Shown: in pieces, positions 39,352 through 47,523 of the stretch
How the letters are laid out: every line of letters begins with the position of its first letter
Numbering within the stretch: position 1 is the first letter of the stretch
Source of the DNA: Candidatus Marinacidobacterales bacterium
GTDB taxonomy: Bacteria; Acidobacteriota; Vicinamibacteria; Marinacidobacterales; DATDRI01
Length of the DNA stretch: 64,000 nt
NCBI GenBank assembly: GCA_965226495.1
Contig: OZ245365.1
Location: 3,616,001 to 3,680,000 of the forward strand
Reading direction: 5' to 3'
Translations under genes and position numbers: made by a program
The notes under the pieces: generated by a model
What the model was told of the DNA's origin: nothing
The model's database searches: none
What the model saw: only the letters and a program-made list of their open reading frames with translations

Positions 39352-40491
39352 TCAACTGACCGTCCCCATCCGTCTCACTTCGCTCAAGCTCATCCCTTCC
39401 CGCACGAAATACACCAGTCCGAGCAGACTGACCGGTATGAACGCGATGGCGTGGCTAGCGAGTGCGATCGCTTTCGCTGTGTTCTCGTTGACTCCGTACA
39501 AAAGCGTGAGCGCGAGGGCGCACATAAGGTGGTATCCACCTACCGCACCCGGGGTGGGGACGGCCACCCCTACCGTGAGGAAACCAATCACCAGAAACAC
39601 ACCGCCATAAGGGATCTCGACGTGAAACGCACGTGTTCCCAACCAAAACGCCAACGAGATGTTGAGCCACAACGCGAGGGAGAGAATGCCGGACCGCATT
39701 AGATTCCGTCGGTCGACTAAAACCCCCAGCCCCTCGCCAAAACTCTTGATGAAGCGAAAGCCCGGTTCCGCCACTTTGTGAGGAAGCTTCCGAATGATCG
39801 GTTCGAGCCTGGTCAGGAAGGAACCACCATCACGAACGTTTCGAGCAAAAGCGAACATGGCCGCGAGACCCAAGCCGGCAGCCACAGACGCGGTGAGACC
39901 ACCAACTTTGAGGGCGTACACTGCTTCTTGGCTTCCTGCCCCTTTCGGCGCCGGGCCAAGCAGAAGCCAACCTCCCACGAGAAAGATCACGGTAATCAGA
40001 TCGAGTACTCGCTCTAGAAAAACCGTCGCGAAGGTGCTCGAAGCGGACAAACCCTCGCGGCGAGCCAGCAGATAGGGGCGAACGAGTTCGCCCAGTCGGC
40101 CAGGCGGCACCAAAAAGTTGACCATGAAGCCGATAACAGTGGTCTCGAAACAAACCTTGAGTCGTGCCGGTCCAACGGGAACGAGGAGGTACCGCCAGCG
40201 ATACGCGCGCACCAAGTACCCCAACAGGGTCACTGAGACCGCAAGCCCAATGATCCAGCCGTCCGCGCCGGCAAAGCTCGCCGCAATGGCGCTAAAATCG
40301 GCATCCTTAAGGAAAAAACCGAGCAGACCCAGACCGATGAGAGCGAGTGCCGCCGATTGGAGCTTGCGGGATCCGAGCCGTTCGCTTCGGGCTTGAACGG
40401 CAAGCTCTGTGGAATCCGCAGTCTGCAGAGGTTCAGCAGACCCAGCGCGGCCTGCGGGCCCGCTAGGCGCTCCCCCCATCGAATCCTTCAA
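39352..40491 (-). CDS. Lysylphosphatidylglycerol synthase TM / flippase-like protein
   Basis: RAYRW, N..VP.GRLGELVRP, ERVLD, PTPGAVG.YH; multiple TMs. Confidence 0.87.
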   Translation of the reverse strand: MKDSMGGAPSGPAGRAGSAEPLQTADSTELAVQARSERLGSRKLQSAALALIGLGLLGFFLKDADFSAIAASFAGADGWIIGLAVSVTLLGYLVRAYRWRYLLVPVGPARLKVCFETTVIGFMVNFLVPPGRLGELVRPYLLARREGLSASSTFATVFLERVLDLITVIFLVGGWLLLGPAPKGAGSQEAVYALKVGGLTASVAAGLGLAAMFAFARNVRDGGSFLTRLEPIIRKLPHKVAEPGFRFIKSFGEGLGVLVDRRNLMRSGILSLALWLNISLAFWLGTRAFHVEIPYGGVFLVIGFLTVGVAVPTPGAVGGYHLMCALALTLLYGVNENTAKAIALASHAIAFIPVSLLGLVYFVREGMSLSEVRRMGTVS

Positions 40492-40608
40492 TTCCTTTCC
40501 ATGAAGCTCGTCGTTCCAGGCCGGACCTTTACGTCGTCCTTAAGCAAGCCGCAAGCAGGACCTCATTCACGAAATGAGAGGATTATCTTACTTTTAGCCG
40601 GGGAGCGG

Positions 40609-40638
40609 AATCTACTAGAATAGGCCCGCAGAAGTCAA
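40609..40638 (-). promoter_or_regulatory. Putative sigma70 promoter of the flippase-nrdR-ntrYX unit
   Basis: TTGACT-18 bp-TAGATT. Confidence 0.5.
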
Positions 40639-40779
40639 ACACGGCCAGTAGTTAGGGAAACTCGCCACAGAACCACCGACCCCCTAAGCGCACATGTGAC
40701 GAGACGATGTCTGGCAAACCAAGCGATATAAGGGGCTTGCGGTGCCGACCGACCGATGACCGGAGAAGGCTCAAAACAT

Positions 40780-40807
40780 TGAACCTTGACTGCGCCCGGC
40801 TCGTTTT
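40780..40807 (+). promoter_or_regulatory. Putative autoregulatory ECF promoter
   Basis: TGAACC-16 bp-CGTTTT, matching the general ECF AAC/CGT pattern, about 40 bp before the sigma gene. Confidence 0.55.
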
Positions 40808-40843
40808 ATTCGGTGAGTAAGAGGCGACGGGGAGTAGGGCTTT

Positions 40844-41431
40844 TTGCTATCCGACGAAGACCTCGCGAGCCGTTGCCAGCGCGGGGACGATGATGCCTGG
40901 GAGGTCCTGGTCAACCGCTACCAGCGCGGGGTTTGGAACGTTGCCTATCACTTCACCGGTCGGGTTCATGAGGCGGACGAGCTTACACAGGAGATCTTTC
41001 TGCATGTTCTGGGAGCCCTCAAGCACTTCGATCCAAGCGGCAGCATGGGCGCATGGCTCCGACGGGTGGCACGCAACTATGCCATCGACCAGTACCGGCG
41101 GCAGCGGCGAGAAAAAGCGCTCACATCCGACAAGGAGCTTCCCGAAGTCAAAGCACCCGCTCACCGGTCCGATCCCCATACCGCTCTCGAGCACAAGGAT
41201 CTCGCGGAGTGGATCCGTTCGGCCCTCGATCGTCTACCCGAGGAGCTCGGCCAAGCCGTTGTCCTTAGGGACCTGCAAGAGATGAGCTACGAGGAAATGG
41301 CAGAGCTACTCGAAGTACCGCTCGGCACGGTGAAGTCTCGCATTAACCGCGGGCGACTCGAGCTGGCTCGTCATCTTAAGCGCCGCCGAAGTGAGTGGAG
41401 CCACCAATTGGAGAGTGGAGACGAAGAGTGA
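40844..41431 (+). CDS. ECF sigma factor (SigW/RpoE-like)
   Basis: Region 2 DELTQEIFL...WL.RVARN; region 4 SYEEMA..L.VPLGTVKSRINRGR. Confidence 0.93.
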   Translation: MLSDEDLASRCQRGDDDAWEVLVNRYQRGVWNVAYHFTGRVHEADELTQEIFLHVLGALKHFDPSGSMGAWLRRVARNYAIDQYRRQRREKALTSDKELPEVKAPAHRSDPHTALEHKDLAEWIRSALDRLPEELGQAVVLRDLQEMSYEEMAELLEVPLGTVKSRINRGRLELARHLKRRRSEWSHQLESGDEE

Positions 41432-42072
41432 AGTGTCGACGCTCTGAGGAGCTTTGGAGCGACTACCTCGGTGGAACGCTCTCCCGTCCGCTCACTAAGG
41501 ATCTCGACGGACACTTGACGGAGTGTTCCAGTTGCCCGGGGCTTCTGGAAACATTCCGAGAGGTGCGGTCGGCTCTCGAGACGATGCCCCATCCGCATCC
41601 TTCACCACAGTTGGTGGAGCGCATCCTCGTGGCCAGCCACCCAGAACTGGCAAAGCGCGCGAACCTCTCAAACTTCACCAAGCGGGCCCGGTTCGGCCCC
41701 CCCCTCGCCCCTAACCTCTCGTGGCGAGGCTGGGCCGCATGGGGTACCGCCGCAGCTCTCGTGGCGATCTCGCTCCTCGGTCCAAGCAAAGCCCTTTCCC
41801 GCATCAACCAAATCGGCCACCAGGTCTACAGCGTTGGCCTCGGTGTCTATCGCGATACAGAAGGTCTCATCGACGAGCTCAACGTCCTGCGGATGACCGT
41901 CGGAGTTGCATTTGAAGATCGCCTCGATCGACTCAACCAAAGGTTGAAGGACTTGGAGGAGGCACGGCGAAAGAACGACGGCGAGCCCAACCAAAGCAAC
42001 AATCTCGGTCCGCGGCGATTGTCTTTCCAACCGAAATCTGAAACCAGTTCACAATCAAGGAGCGACTCATGA
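41428..42072 (+). CDS. Zinc-finger (ZAS/zf-HC2) anti-sigma factor
   Basis: GTG overlaps the sigma stop; HLTECSSC motif; TM; C-terminal coiled coil. Confidence 0.88.
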   Translation: MKCRRSEELWSDYLGGTLSRPLTKDLDGHLTECSSCPGLLETFREVRSALETMPHPHPSPQLVERILVASHPELAKRANLSNFTKRARFGPPLAPNLSWRGWAAWGTAAALVAISLLGPSKALSRINQIGHQVYSVGLGVYRDTEGLIDELNVLRMTVGVAFEDRLDRLNQRLKDLEEARRKNDGEPNQSNNLGPRRLSFQPKSETSSQSRSDS

Positions 42073-42602
42073 AACGTTCACCCGCAGCCGCAGTATGGCT
42101 GTCTCTCTTGCCCGGCCTCGGCCACATTTTCGTGGGTCAGGCGCTCCCGAATGCGGCGGCTAGGAAGGCCTACGTCACCAAGGGATTTCTTTACGCCCTT
42201 ATGACCGTCGGCTTGATCTATCTGACCGACCAAGCCGATGGACCGATCGGGATCTTGATTCCAATCTTCTGGGTGTACGTCATGCTCGACGCACATCGCA
42301 GCGCCGTCGAGGCGAACCGCGTCATCGAAGCGGGAGGGCCGGATCCGCTCAGCGCGACAGACGGAACACCTTGGCTGGGATGGAGCGCCGTCGGCTTGGG
42401 CGCGTTGCTTCTTCTCAACAATCTCTTCGATTTCGATTTCGACTGGCTATGGAGGTTTTGGCCAGTGGCGCTGATTCTCGTCGGCGTGAAGCTCATCCGG
42501 AGTGGCTCGGGTCCTGAGAACGATCTAGCTTCCCCGCCGCCTCCCCCGAGCAGCCTCGGCGGGAACGAAGGAGAACGAGATGAGCGAGCCGACGACGAGT
42601 AG
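42069..42602 (+). CDS. Membrane protein (TM2-like plus LiaF/DUF5668-like TM)
   Basis: SPAAAVWLSLLPGLGH; WRFWPVALILVG. Confidence 0.75.
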   Translation: MKRSPAAAVWLSLLPGLGHIFVGQALPNAAARKAYVTKGFLYALMTVGLIYLTDQADGPIGILIPIFWVYVMLDAHRSAVEANRVIEAGGPDPLSATDGTPWLGWSAVGLGALLLLNNLFDFDFDWLWRFWPVALILVGVKLIRSGSGPENDLASPPPPPSSLGGNEGERDERADDE

Positions 42603-44199
42603 GAGCGGCTGCGCCCTCACGCTGGGCGTATTGCTTGTCGTCATAGGATCCATCCTACTCGCCGGGAACCTCTTTGGATTCTCACTTCTGAGGTTTTGGA
42701 CCCAGGCCCTGATCTGGTTTTCACTGTATTGGCCCGTCCTCTTAATCATCTGGGGCGCCACGAAGATCTACCAACGCCTGCGCCATCCCGAAACCGCCCG
42801 GGTGGGTCCAGGGGAAGTCGTTCTGTTGATTCTTATCGTCTGCGCCGGGGTTACTTTGGCTGCGGCCCGTTACGTGGCTGGCAACTTCGCGACGGAACTC
42901 TCGCTCGAGGACTTGCTCGAGATCGTCGAGCCCGAAATCTCCATGGGACCCGCGCATCGATTCAGCGAGGAGCACGTGTTCGCGCTACCGGACGGAGGAA
43001 GTCTCTCTGTCAAAAACGGCCGCGGAGAGATTACGGCCCGCGGTTGGGATGAGGTCGACCTGAAAGTCGTGGTGACGAAACGCGTCTACCGACACGCGGA
43101 AGACGAGGCTCGCCGTTTGGCCGAGAACGTCTCGGTTCGATTCGAGATCACGGATGAGAGCGTCGCCAGCCTCGAGATGGACCGGGAGCAAGGTGGCCGA
43201 GGTGCGGTCGAGACGGATCTGGAGCTCTGGGTCCCGCGAAAAACACCACTCACCTTGACCAATGGCCGGGGTGCGATACGAGTCTCTGACCTCCATGCCC
43301 GGCTCGGACTGTCTAGCTCCTACGACTCGATCGAGGTCGCGGACGTCGAAGGCCGTGTGACGGTAGACGGTAAGCACGGAGCGATCCGCGTCGATGGAGT
43401 CATCGGTGACGTCGAGGCGCGCAATCGCTTCGGCGACCTAACCGTCAAAGATGTCACCGGAGACCTACGCGGGGAAACCACCAGTGGGACCATCGCCGTC
43501 GAGCGGATTACCGGGACCGTCCGGCTAAGCAATCGCTCTTCTCATATCCGAGCGATCGAAATCGGCCAAAGCCTCACCGTCGAAGGTTCCCATACCGAAG
43601 TTGCCGTAGAACACGTGGGGGCCGACGTCGCCATCCAGACCAGCTACCGTCCGGTCTTCGTAAACGATGTCGAAGGACGCGTGACCGTCGAAGCACACAA
43701 CTCCGAGGTCGAGATCCGGCTGGTGCGTGGCGACGTCAGAGTGGAGAGTATTCACCGACCCGTCACCGTCGTGGGCGTCGGCGGCAGCGTGCGGGTCGAT
43801 GCACAACACGGCGAGGTCCGGCTCGACGACATCACGGGGCCGATCCAAGTCAAGAACTCCGACAACCCCGTCGAGATCGATGCCTTCGAATCGAGCTTGA
43901 GCGTCGAGTCTGCCCACGCTCCCTTGCGGATCGCAACCCACTTCCTCAATGGCGAGCTGACCCTTCTCACCTCCTACGGCGATGTTGATCTGGGCGTGCC
44001 GGCGGAGAGCTCGTTTCGCCTCCAAGCGAAGGTGAAGTCGGGAAATATCGACTCGGACTTCGCCGAATCCGATTGGACCCAGCGCGACGACGAAGACACG
44101 GCCGAGCTCGAGGGGTCGGTCGGAGGCGGTGCGTCACCAATCTCGATCCAAACCAGTTACGGCGACATCCACGTGCGCCGGCTTCACCGGCAGGACTAG
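42580..44199 (+). CDS. Membrane-anchored DUF4097 (toastrack) beta-repeat protein
   Basis: YWPVLLIIWG TM domain followed by many G.V.V....G.I.V repeats. Confidence 0.85.
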   Translation: MSEPTTSRSGCALTLGVLLVVIGSILLAGNLFGFSLLRFWTQALIWFSLYWPVLLIIWGATKIYQRLRHPETARVGPGEVVLLILIVCAGVTLAAARYVAGNFATELSLEDLLEIVEPEISMGPAHRFSEEHVFALPDGGSLSVKNGRGEITARGWDEVDLKVVVTKRVYRHAEDEARRLAENVSVRFEITDESVASLEMDREQGGRGAVETDLELWVPRKTPLTLTNGRGAIRVSDLHARLGLSSSYDSIEVADVEGRVTVDGKHGAIRVDGVIGDVEARNRFGDLTVKDVTGDLRGETTSGTIAVERITGTVRLSNRSSHIRAIEIGQSLTVEGSHTEVAVEHVGADVAIQTSYRPVFVNDVEGRVTVEAHNSEVEIRLVRGDVRVESIHRPVTVVGVGGSVRVDAQHGEVRLDDITGPIQVKNSDNPVEIDAFESSLSVESAHAPLRIATHFLNGELTLLTSYGDVDLGVPAESSFRLQAKVKSGNIDSDFAESDWTQRDDEDTAELEGSVGGGASPISIQTSYGDIHVRRLHRQD

Positions 44200-44201
44200 T
44201 G

Positions 44202-45086
44202 ATGAAACTCGGGACAGGCACAATAGGCGCGGTCGTCGTGATGGCGCTCCTGCCTGGTTGCGTCCATCACGGGAGCGAGGAAAGCGCGACCGAGCGCTTT
44301 CGCTTCGATGTCTCCGAACGACCCCGGGTGGAGGTCGAGCTCGACCACGGCTCCATCGAAATCCTCGGCATCGATGATTCAACTGAGGTCTCGGTGATCG
44401 TCAAGAAGCTCGCTCGCGCCGTCAACGAAGAAGTAGCCCTATCTTCCCTCGAGCGGCTGTCGGTTCGAGCCGGGCAGGCCGGTGAGACGATCCGGATCAG
44501 GGTGAAACGTGAGGGCGGATGGCGAGAGACTCACGGGAGTCTGAGATCCGACGTCGAGATCTGCCTCCCACGAAGTTCGGACCTCAAACTCACGACCCAC
44601 GATGGGCGAATTGAGATCCACAACGTGAGGGGTGAAATAGAAGCCGAGTCCGGGGATGGTCACGTACGTCTTAATAGCGTTGAGGGTGTGGTGAGGGCGC
44701 GCACTGTTGACGGTTCTATCGTTGGAGAGAACGTGAGCGGCGACTTCGATGGCCGCACCGAGGATGGTCGCATCGAGTTGATGGGTTCCTTCGGGCGTCT
44801 CCGAGCGGTAAGCTCTGACGGATCGATCACGGTGGATTGTGTCGAGGCGGTTCCGCTCACCGGGAACTGGATGCTCAGGAGCTCGGACGGTTCCATCACG
44901 TTTGGTGTTCCAGCAGGCTTCTCCTCGGAGCTCGAGGCCTCCACGAGTGACGGACGCATAGAGAGTGATCTGGTGCTCGTCAATGCAAAGGTGACGTCTA
45001 ACCGTGTGAGAGGAACCCTGGGTGAAGGGGGGAAGCTAGTTCTCATCAAAACCAGTGACGGAAGAGTACATCTCCGCAGCCGCTGA
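44202..45086 (+). CDS. DUF4097 beta-repeat lipoprotein
   Basis: ATG just after the previous stop; lipobox-like LLPGC; T.DG.I repeats. Confidence 0.82.
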   Translation: MKLGTGTIGAVVVMALLPGCVHHGSEESATERFRFDVSERPRVEVELDHGSIEILGIDDSTEVSVIVKKLARAVNEEVALSSLERLSVRAGQAGETIRIRVKREGGWRETHGSLRSDVEICLPRSSDLKLTTHDGRIEIHNVRGEIEAESGDGHVRLNSVEGVVRARTVDGSIVGENVSGDFDGRTEDGRIELMGSFGRLRAVSSDGSITVDCVEAVPLTGNWMLRSSDGSITFGVPAGFSSELEASTSDGRIESDLVLVNAKVTSNRVRGTLGEGGKLVLIKTSDGRVHLRSR

Positions 45087-45143
45087 GCCTCGGGTCTAAC
45101 CCTGTAAGGAAAGGACCTCTCCTCCGCGCCCCCCTCACGCCTC

Positions 45144-45172
45144 TTGACTCGACCACCCCGCTTTCCTAAAAT
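45144..45172 (+). promoter_or_regulatory. sigma70 promoter of purC
   Basis: TTGACT-17 bp-TAAAAT. Confidence 0.7.
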
Positions 45173-45252
45173 ACGGTCCTCTTTGGACGGCGAGAGGCGA
45201 GCAACGGCCTGACCCCGGACCTGACCGGAATCGAGAAGCAGCCTCAACCGTT

Positions 45253-46158
45253 ATGGATACTACTTTGAATGAGCCAGTTGTATTAGAAACCGCGTTGAGC
45301 GGCCTCCCTGTCCACCGTCGCGGCAAGGTGCGTGACGTGTACGAGGTCGAAGACTATTTACTGATCGTAGCGACCGATCGCATCTCCGCTTTCGACGTCG
45401 TCCTCCCGACCGGCATCCCGGACAAGGGAAAGGTGTTGAATCAACTCTCTCTTCACTGGTTTGCGAGGACGGAACACATTCAAGCGAACCACATGGTGAC
45501 CGCGGATGTCGACGAATACCCGCTCTCCCTCGGAGAGTGGCGGGACCGCCTCGAGAAACGCTCGATGCTGGTCAGGCGTGCCCAACCGATTCCCTTCGAG
45601 TGCGTTGTGCGAGGCTACCTGTATGGAGGCGGCTTGAAGGAATATCAACGTACCGGCGAGGTCTCGGGAATCGAACTACCGCCAGGCCTCAAGCAGGCCG
45701 AGAAGTTTCCCGAACCTCTCTTTACACCGTCCACCAAGGAAGAGTCGGGTCACGACGTCCCGGTGAGCCAAGACGTCTTGGTCAACGAGCTCGGTTCGGA
45801 GCTGGCCGAACGCCTGAAAAACGTTTCTCTGAAGCTCTATCAATACGGCCGTCAGGAAGCCGAAGAGAAGGGAATCATCATCGCAGACACGAAGTTCGAG
45901 TTTGGATTCGATGGCGACGAACTCATCGTGATCGACGAGCTGATGACCCCGGACTCATCGCGCTTTTGGCCGCGCGAAGGCTTCGCGCCCGACCGGGCGC
46001 AGCCAAGCTTCGACAAACAATTCGTCAGAGATTACCTGGGCACGCTCGACTGGGACAAGACACCTCCCGGGCCGGAGCTCCCCGACGCAGTCGTGGCGGG
46101 AACCCGCGAACGCTACTGGCAGGTGTTTCGGGCGCTCACCGAGCGAACGGCCCTTTGA
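45253..46158 (+). CDS. purC: SAICAR synthetase
   Basis: GKVRDVY, TDRISAFD, ECVVRGY, ADTKFEFG, TPDSSRFW, DKQFVRD. Confidence 0.97.
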   Translation: MDTTLNEPVVLETALSGLPVHRRGKVRDVYEVEDYLLIVATDRISAFDVVLPTGIPDKGKVLNQLSLHWFARTEHIQANHMVTADVDEYPLSLGEWRDRLEKRSMLVRRAQPIPFECVVRGYLYGGGLKEYQRTGEVSGIELPPGLKQAEKFPEPLFTPSTKEESGHDVPVSQDVLVNELGSELAERLKNVSLKLYQYGRQEAEEKGIIIADTKFEFGFDGDELIVIDELMTPDSSRFWPREGFAPDRAQPSFDKQFVRDYLGTLDWDKTPPGPELPDAVVAGTRERYWQVFRALTERTAL

Positions 46159-46176
46159 GGCGCGTGGGCGAGACTG

Positions 46177-46386
46177 GTGCTCAAACACAAGTTGGAATCG
46201 CTGATAGACGAAATGATCGGCAAAGGAATCCGCTTCCGGGAGGCGAGACGCGAGTTCGAGAAACGATTCATCGCTCAAGTCTTGGAACGCGAAAACGGCA
46301 ACCGTTCTCGCTCCGCGAAGGTGCTTCGTATCCACCGAAACACCCTCAGCAAGAAAATCCTGGAGTACAAACTCAAATCCCGCTGA
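46177..46386 (+). CDS. Small stand-alone Fis-family HTH protein
   Basis: FEKRFI..VL....GN.S.SA.VL.IHRNTL.KK. Confidence 0.85.
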   Translation: MLKHKLESLIDEMIGKGIRFREARREFEKRFIAQVLERENGNRSRSAKVLRIHRNTLSKKILEYKLKSR

Positions 46387-46445
46387 GACCCCGAAGGGCC
46401 GAAGCCCATGCCGGCAACTTGACTCGGGACCCAACCTACCGTTTC

Positions 46446-46474
46446 TTGACACTACAAAAGCGAACGACTAACAT
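46446..46474 (+). promoter_or_regulatory. sigma70 promoter of groES
   Basis: TTGACA-17 bp-TAACAT. Confidence 0.7.
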
Positions 46475-46540
46475 GAGTCTCCGCAATTTCAAGGTAAACC
46501 AGTCAGCCGATGTGAAGGCGTTACACGGAGGAGTCGAAAG

Positions 46541-46831
46541 ATGAAAGTTAGGCCCTTGCACGACCGAATCCTCGTGAAAAGGATCGACGATCAAAAGGAA
46601 GTAAAGAAGGGCAATATCATTATTCCCGACAGCGCAAAGGAAAAACCTCAAGAAGGCAAGGTCGTTGCGGTGGGCAACGGCAAGGTTCTCGAGGACGGTG
46701 GCAAGCTAGACTTGGAAGTCAAAGCAGGCGATCGGATCCTTTTTGGAAAGTACGCTGGCACCGAGGTCAAGATCGAAGATCAAGACTATCTCATCATGCG
46801 CGAGGACGACATTCTGGCGATCCTCAAGTAG
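46541..46831 (+). CDS. groES: Co-chaperonin GroES
   Basis: [40 protein letters not shown]. Confidence 0.97.
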   Translation: MKVRPLHDRILVKRIDDQKEVKKGNIIIPDSAKEKPQEGKVVAVGNGKVLEDGGKLDLEVKAGDRILFGKYAGTEVKIEDQDYLIMREDDILAILK

Positions 46832-46835
46832 CAGG

Positions 46836-46893
46836 GCCAGACGCCGGGCGTCGAAATATCGAGGTGCCATGACACTAGCTCGCCAGACGTCGG
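46836..46893 (+). repeat. Modular repeat family 1, copy D (inner unit without backbone)
   Basis: GCCAGACGCC-GGGCGTCGAAATATCGAGGTGCC...GCCAGACGTCGG. Confidence 0.65.
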
Positions 46894-46979
46894 TTCAAGG
46901 ACGCGCGCGATAGTCCAATCAAATTGGCCAGGCATCCCAGTCGCCCTAGCAAACGCCAGTAGCAATCAGCCGAAGCCTC

Positions 46980-47363
46980 ATGCCTGAAAGACGACACTCC
47001 AGGCGGTTCCAGCTAGGGACCCTAGTCGAGGTGCTGATCCAGTCCCAAGGTAGAAGGAAACGCGGTCGCCTCATCAATCTCAGCGAAGGAGGAGCGTTCC
47101 TGGCCATGCGCACCGATGTCCACGTCGGTGAAGAGCTAAAGATCACGATCAAATTTCCGAAAGAAGCCGGTGGTCGCCTACGAACGCGAGTGGTGGTGGT
47201 TTGGCGTAATACGAGGCTGGCACCAACGGTACGCACGCTACCGACCGGTTGCGGCGTGTTGTTCGAAGGGATCGAGATACACCAGCAGCTACAAGCGGCG
47301 TTCGAAGTGTTTAGAGAAAAGGGGCTGCTCGTGGAAGAAAAGCCGTCTGAGGGAATCGACTAA
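46980..47363 (+). CDS. Stand-alone PilZ-domain protein (c-di-GMP receptor)
   Basis: RxxxR (ERRHSRR) and NxSxxG (NLSEGG) motifs. Confidence 0.85.
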   Translation: MPERRHSRRFQLGTLVEVLIQSQGRRKRGRLINLSEGGAFLAMRTDVHVGEELKITIKFPKEAGGRLRTRVVVVWRNTRLAPTVRTLPTGCGVLFEGIEIHQQLQAAFEVFREKGLLVEEKPSEGID

Positions 47364-47498
47364 GAAGCTGGCTTCCTTCCTTTATTCCCTCTCCCCTTGG
47401 GAGATTTGGGCGTCAAAAGATGGCGTACCCGTGATGGACGTCAAAACAAGGGAGTAGCTGTCCATCGAGGTAGCCAGACGCCGGTAAGGGGCCAGACC
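47361..47498 (+). repeat. Modular repeat family 1, copy C (backbone plus partly duplicated inner unit)
   Basis: TAAGAAGCTGGCTTCCTTCCTTTATTCCCTCTCCCCTTGGGAGA-TTTGGGCGTCAAAAGATG..GGACGTCAAAA..ATCGAGGTAGCCAGACGCCGGTAAGGGG. Confidence 0.85.
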
Positions 47499-47523
47499 AA
47501 AGTCAATTGGCCGTTTTTCCTGG

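Noticed and set aside
45200-45252. SRP RNA-like or purine/ZTP riboswitch in the purC leader (CCGGAA..GAAGCAGCC)
   Set aside because: It lacks the TCAGG half of the SRP motif, the long stem, and recognisable riboswitch consensus.
46446-46472. CIRCE element upstream of groES
   Set aside because: Poor match to TTAGCACTC-N9-GAGTGCTAA; better explained as -35/-10 boxes.
46860-46980. Possible eroded groEL 5' end (GAGG-ATG, DAR and LANA-like codons)
   Set aside because: It needs several frameshifts, and the apparent RBS/ATG lies inside repeat copy D.
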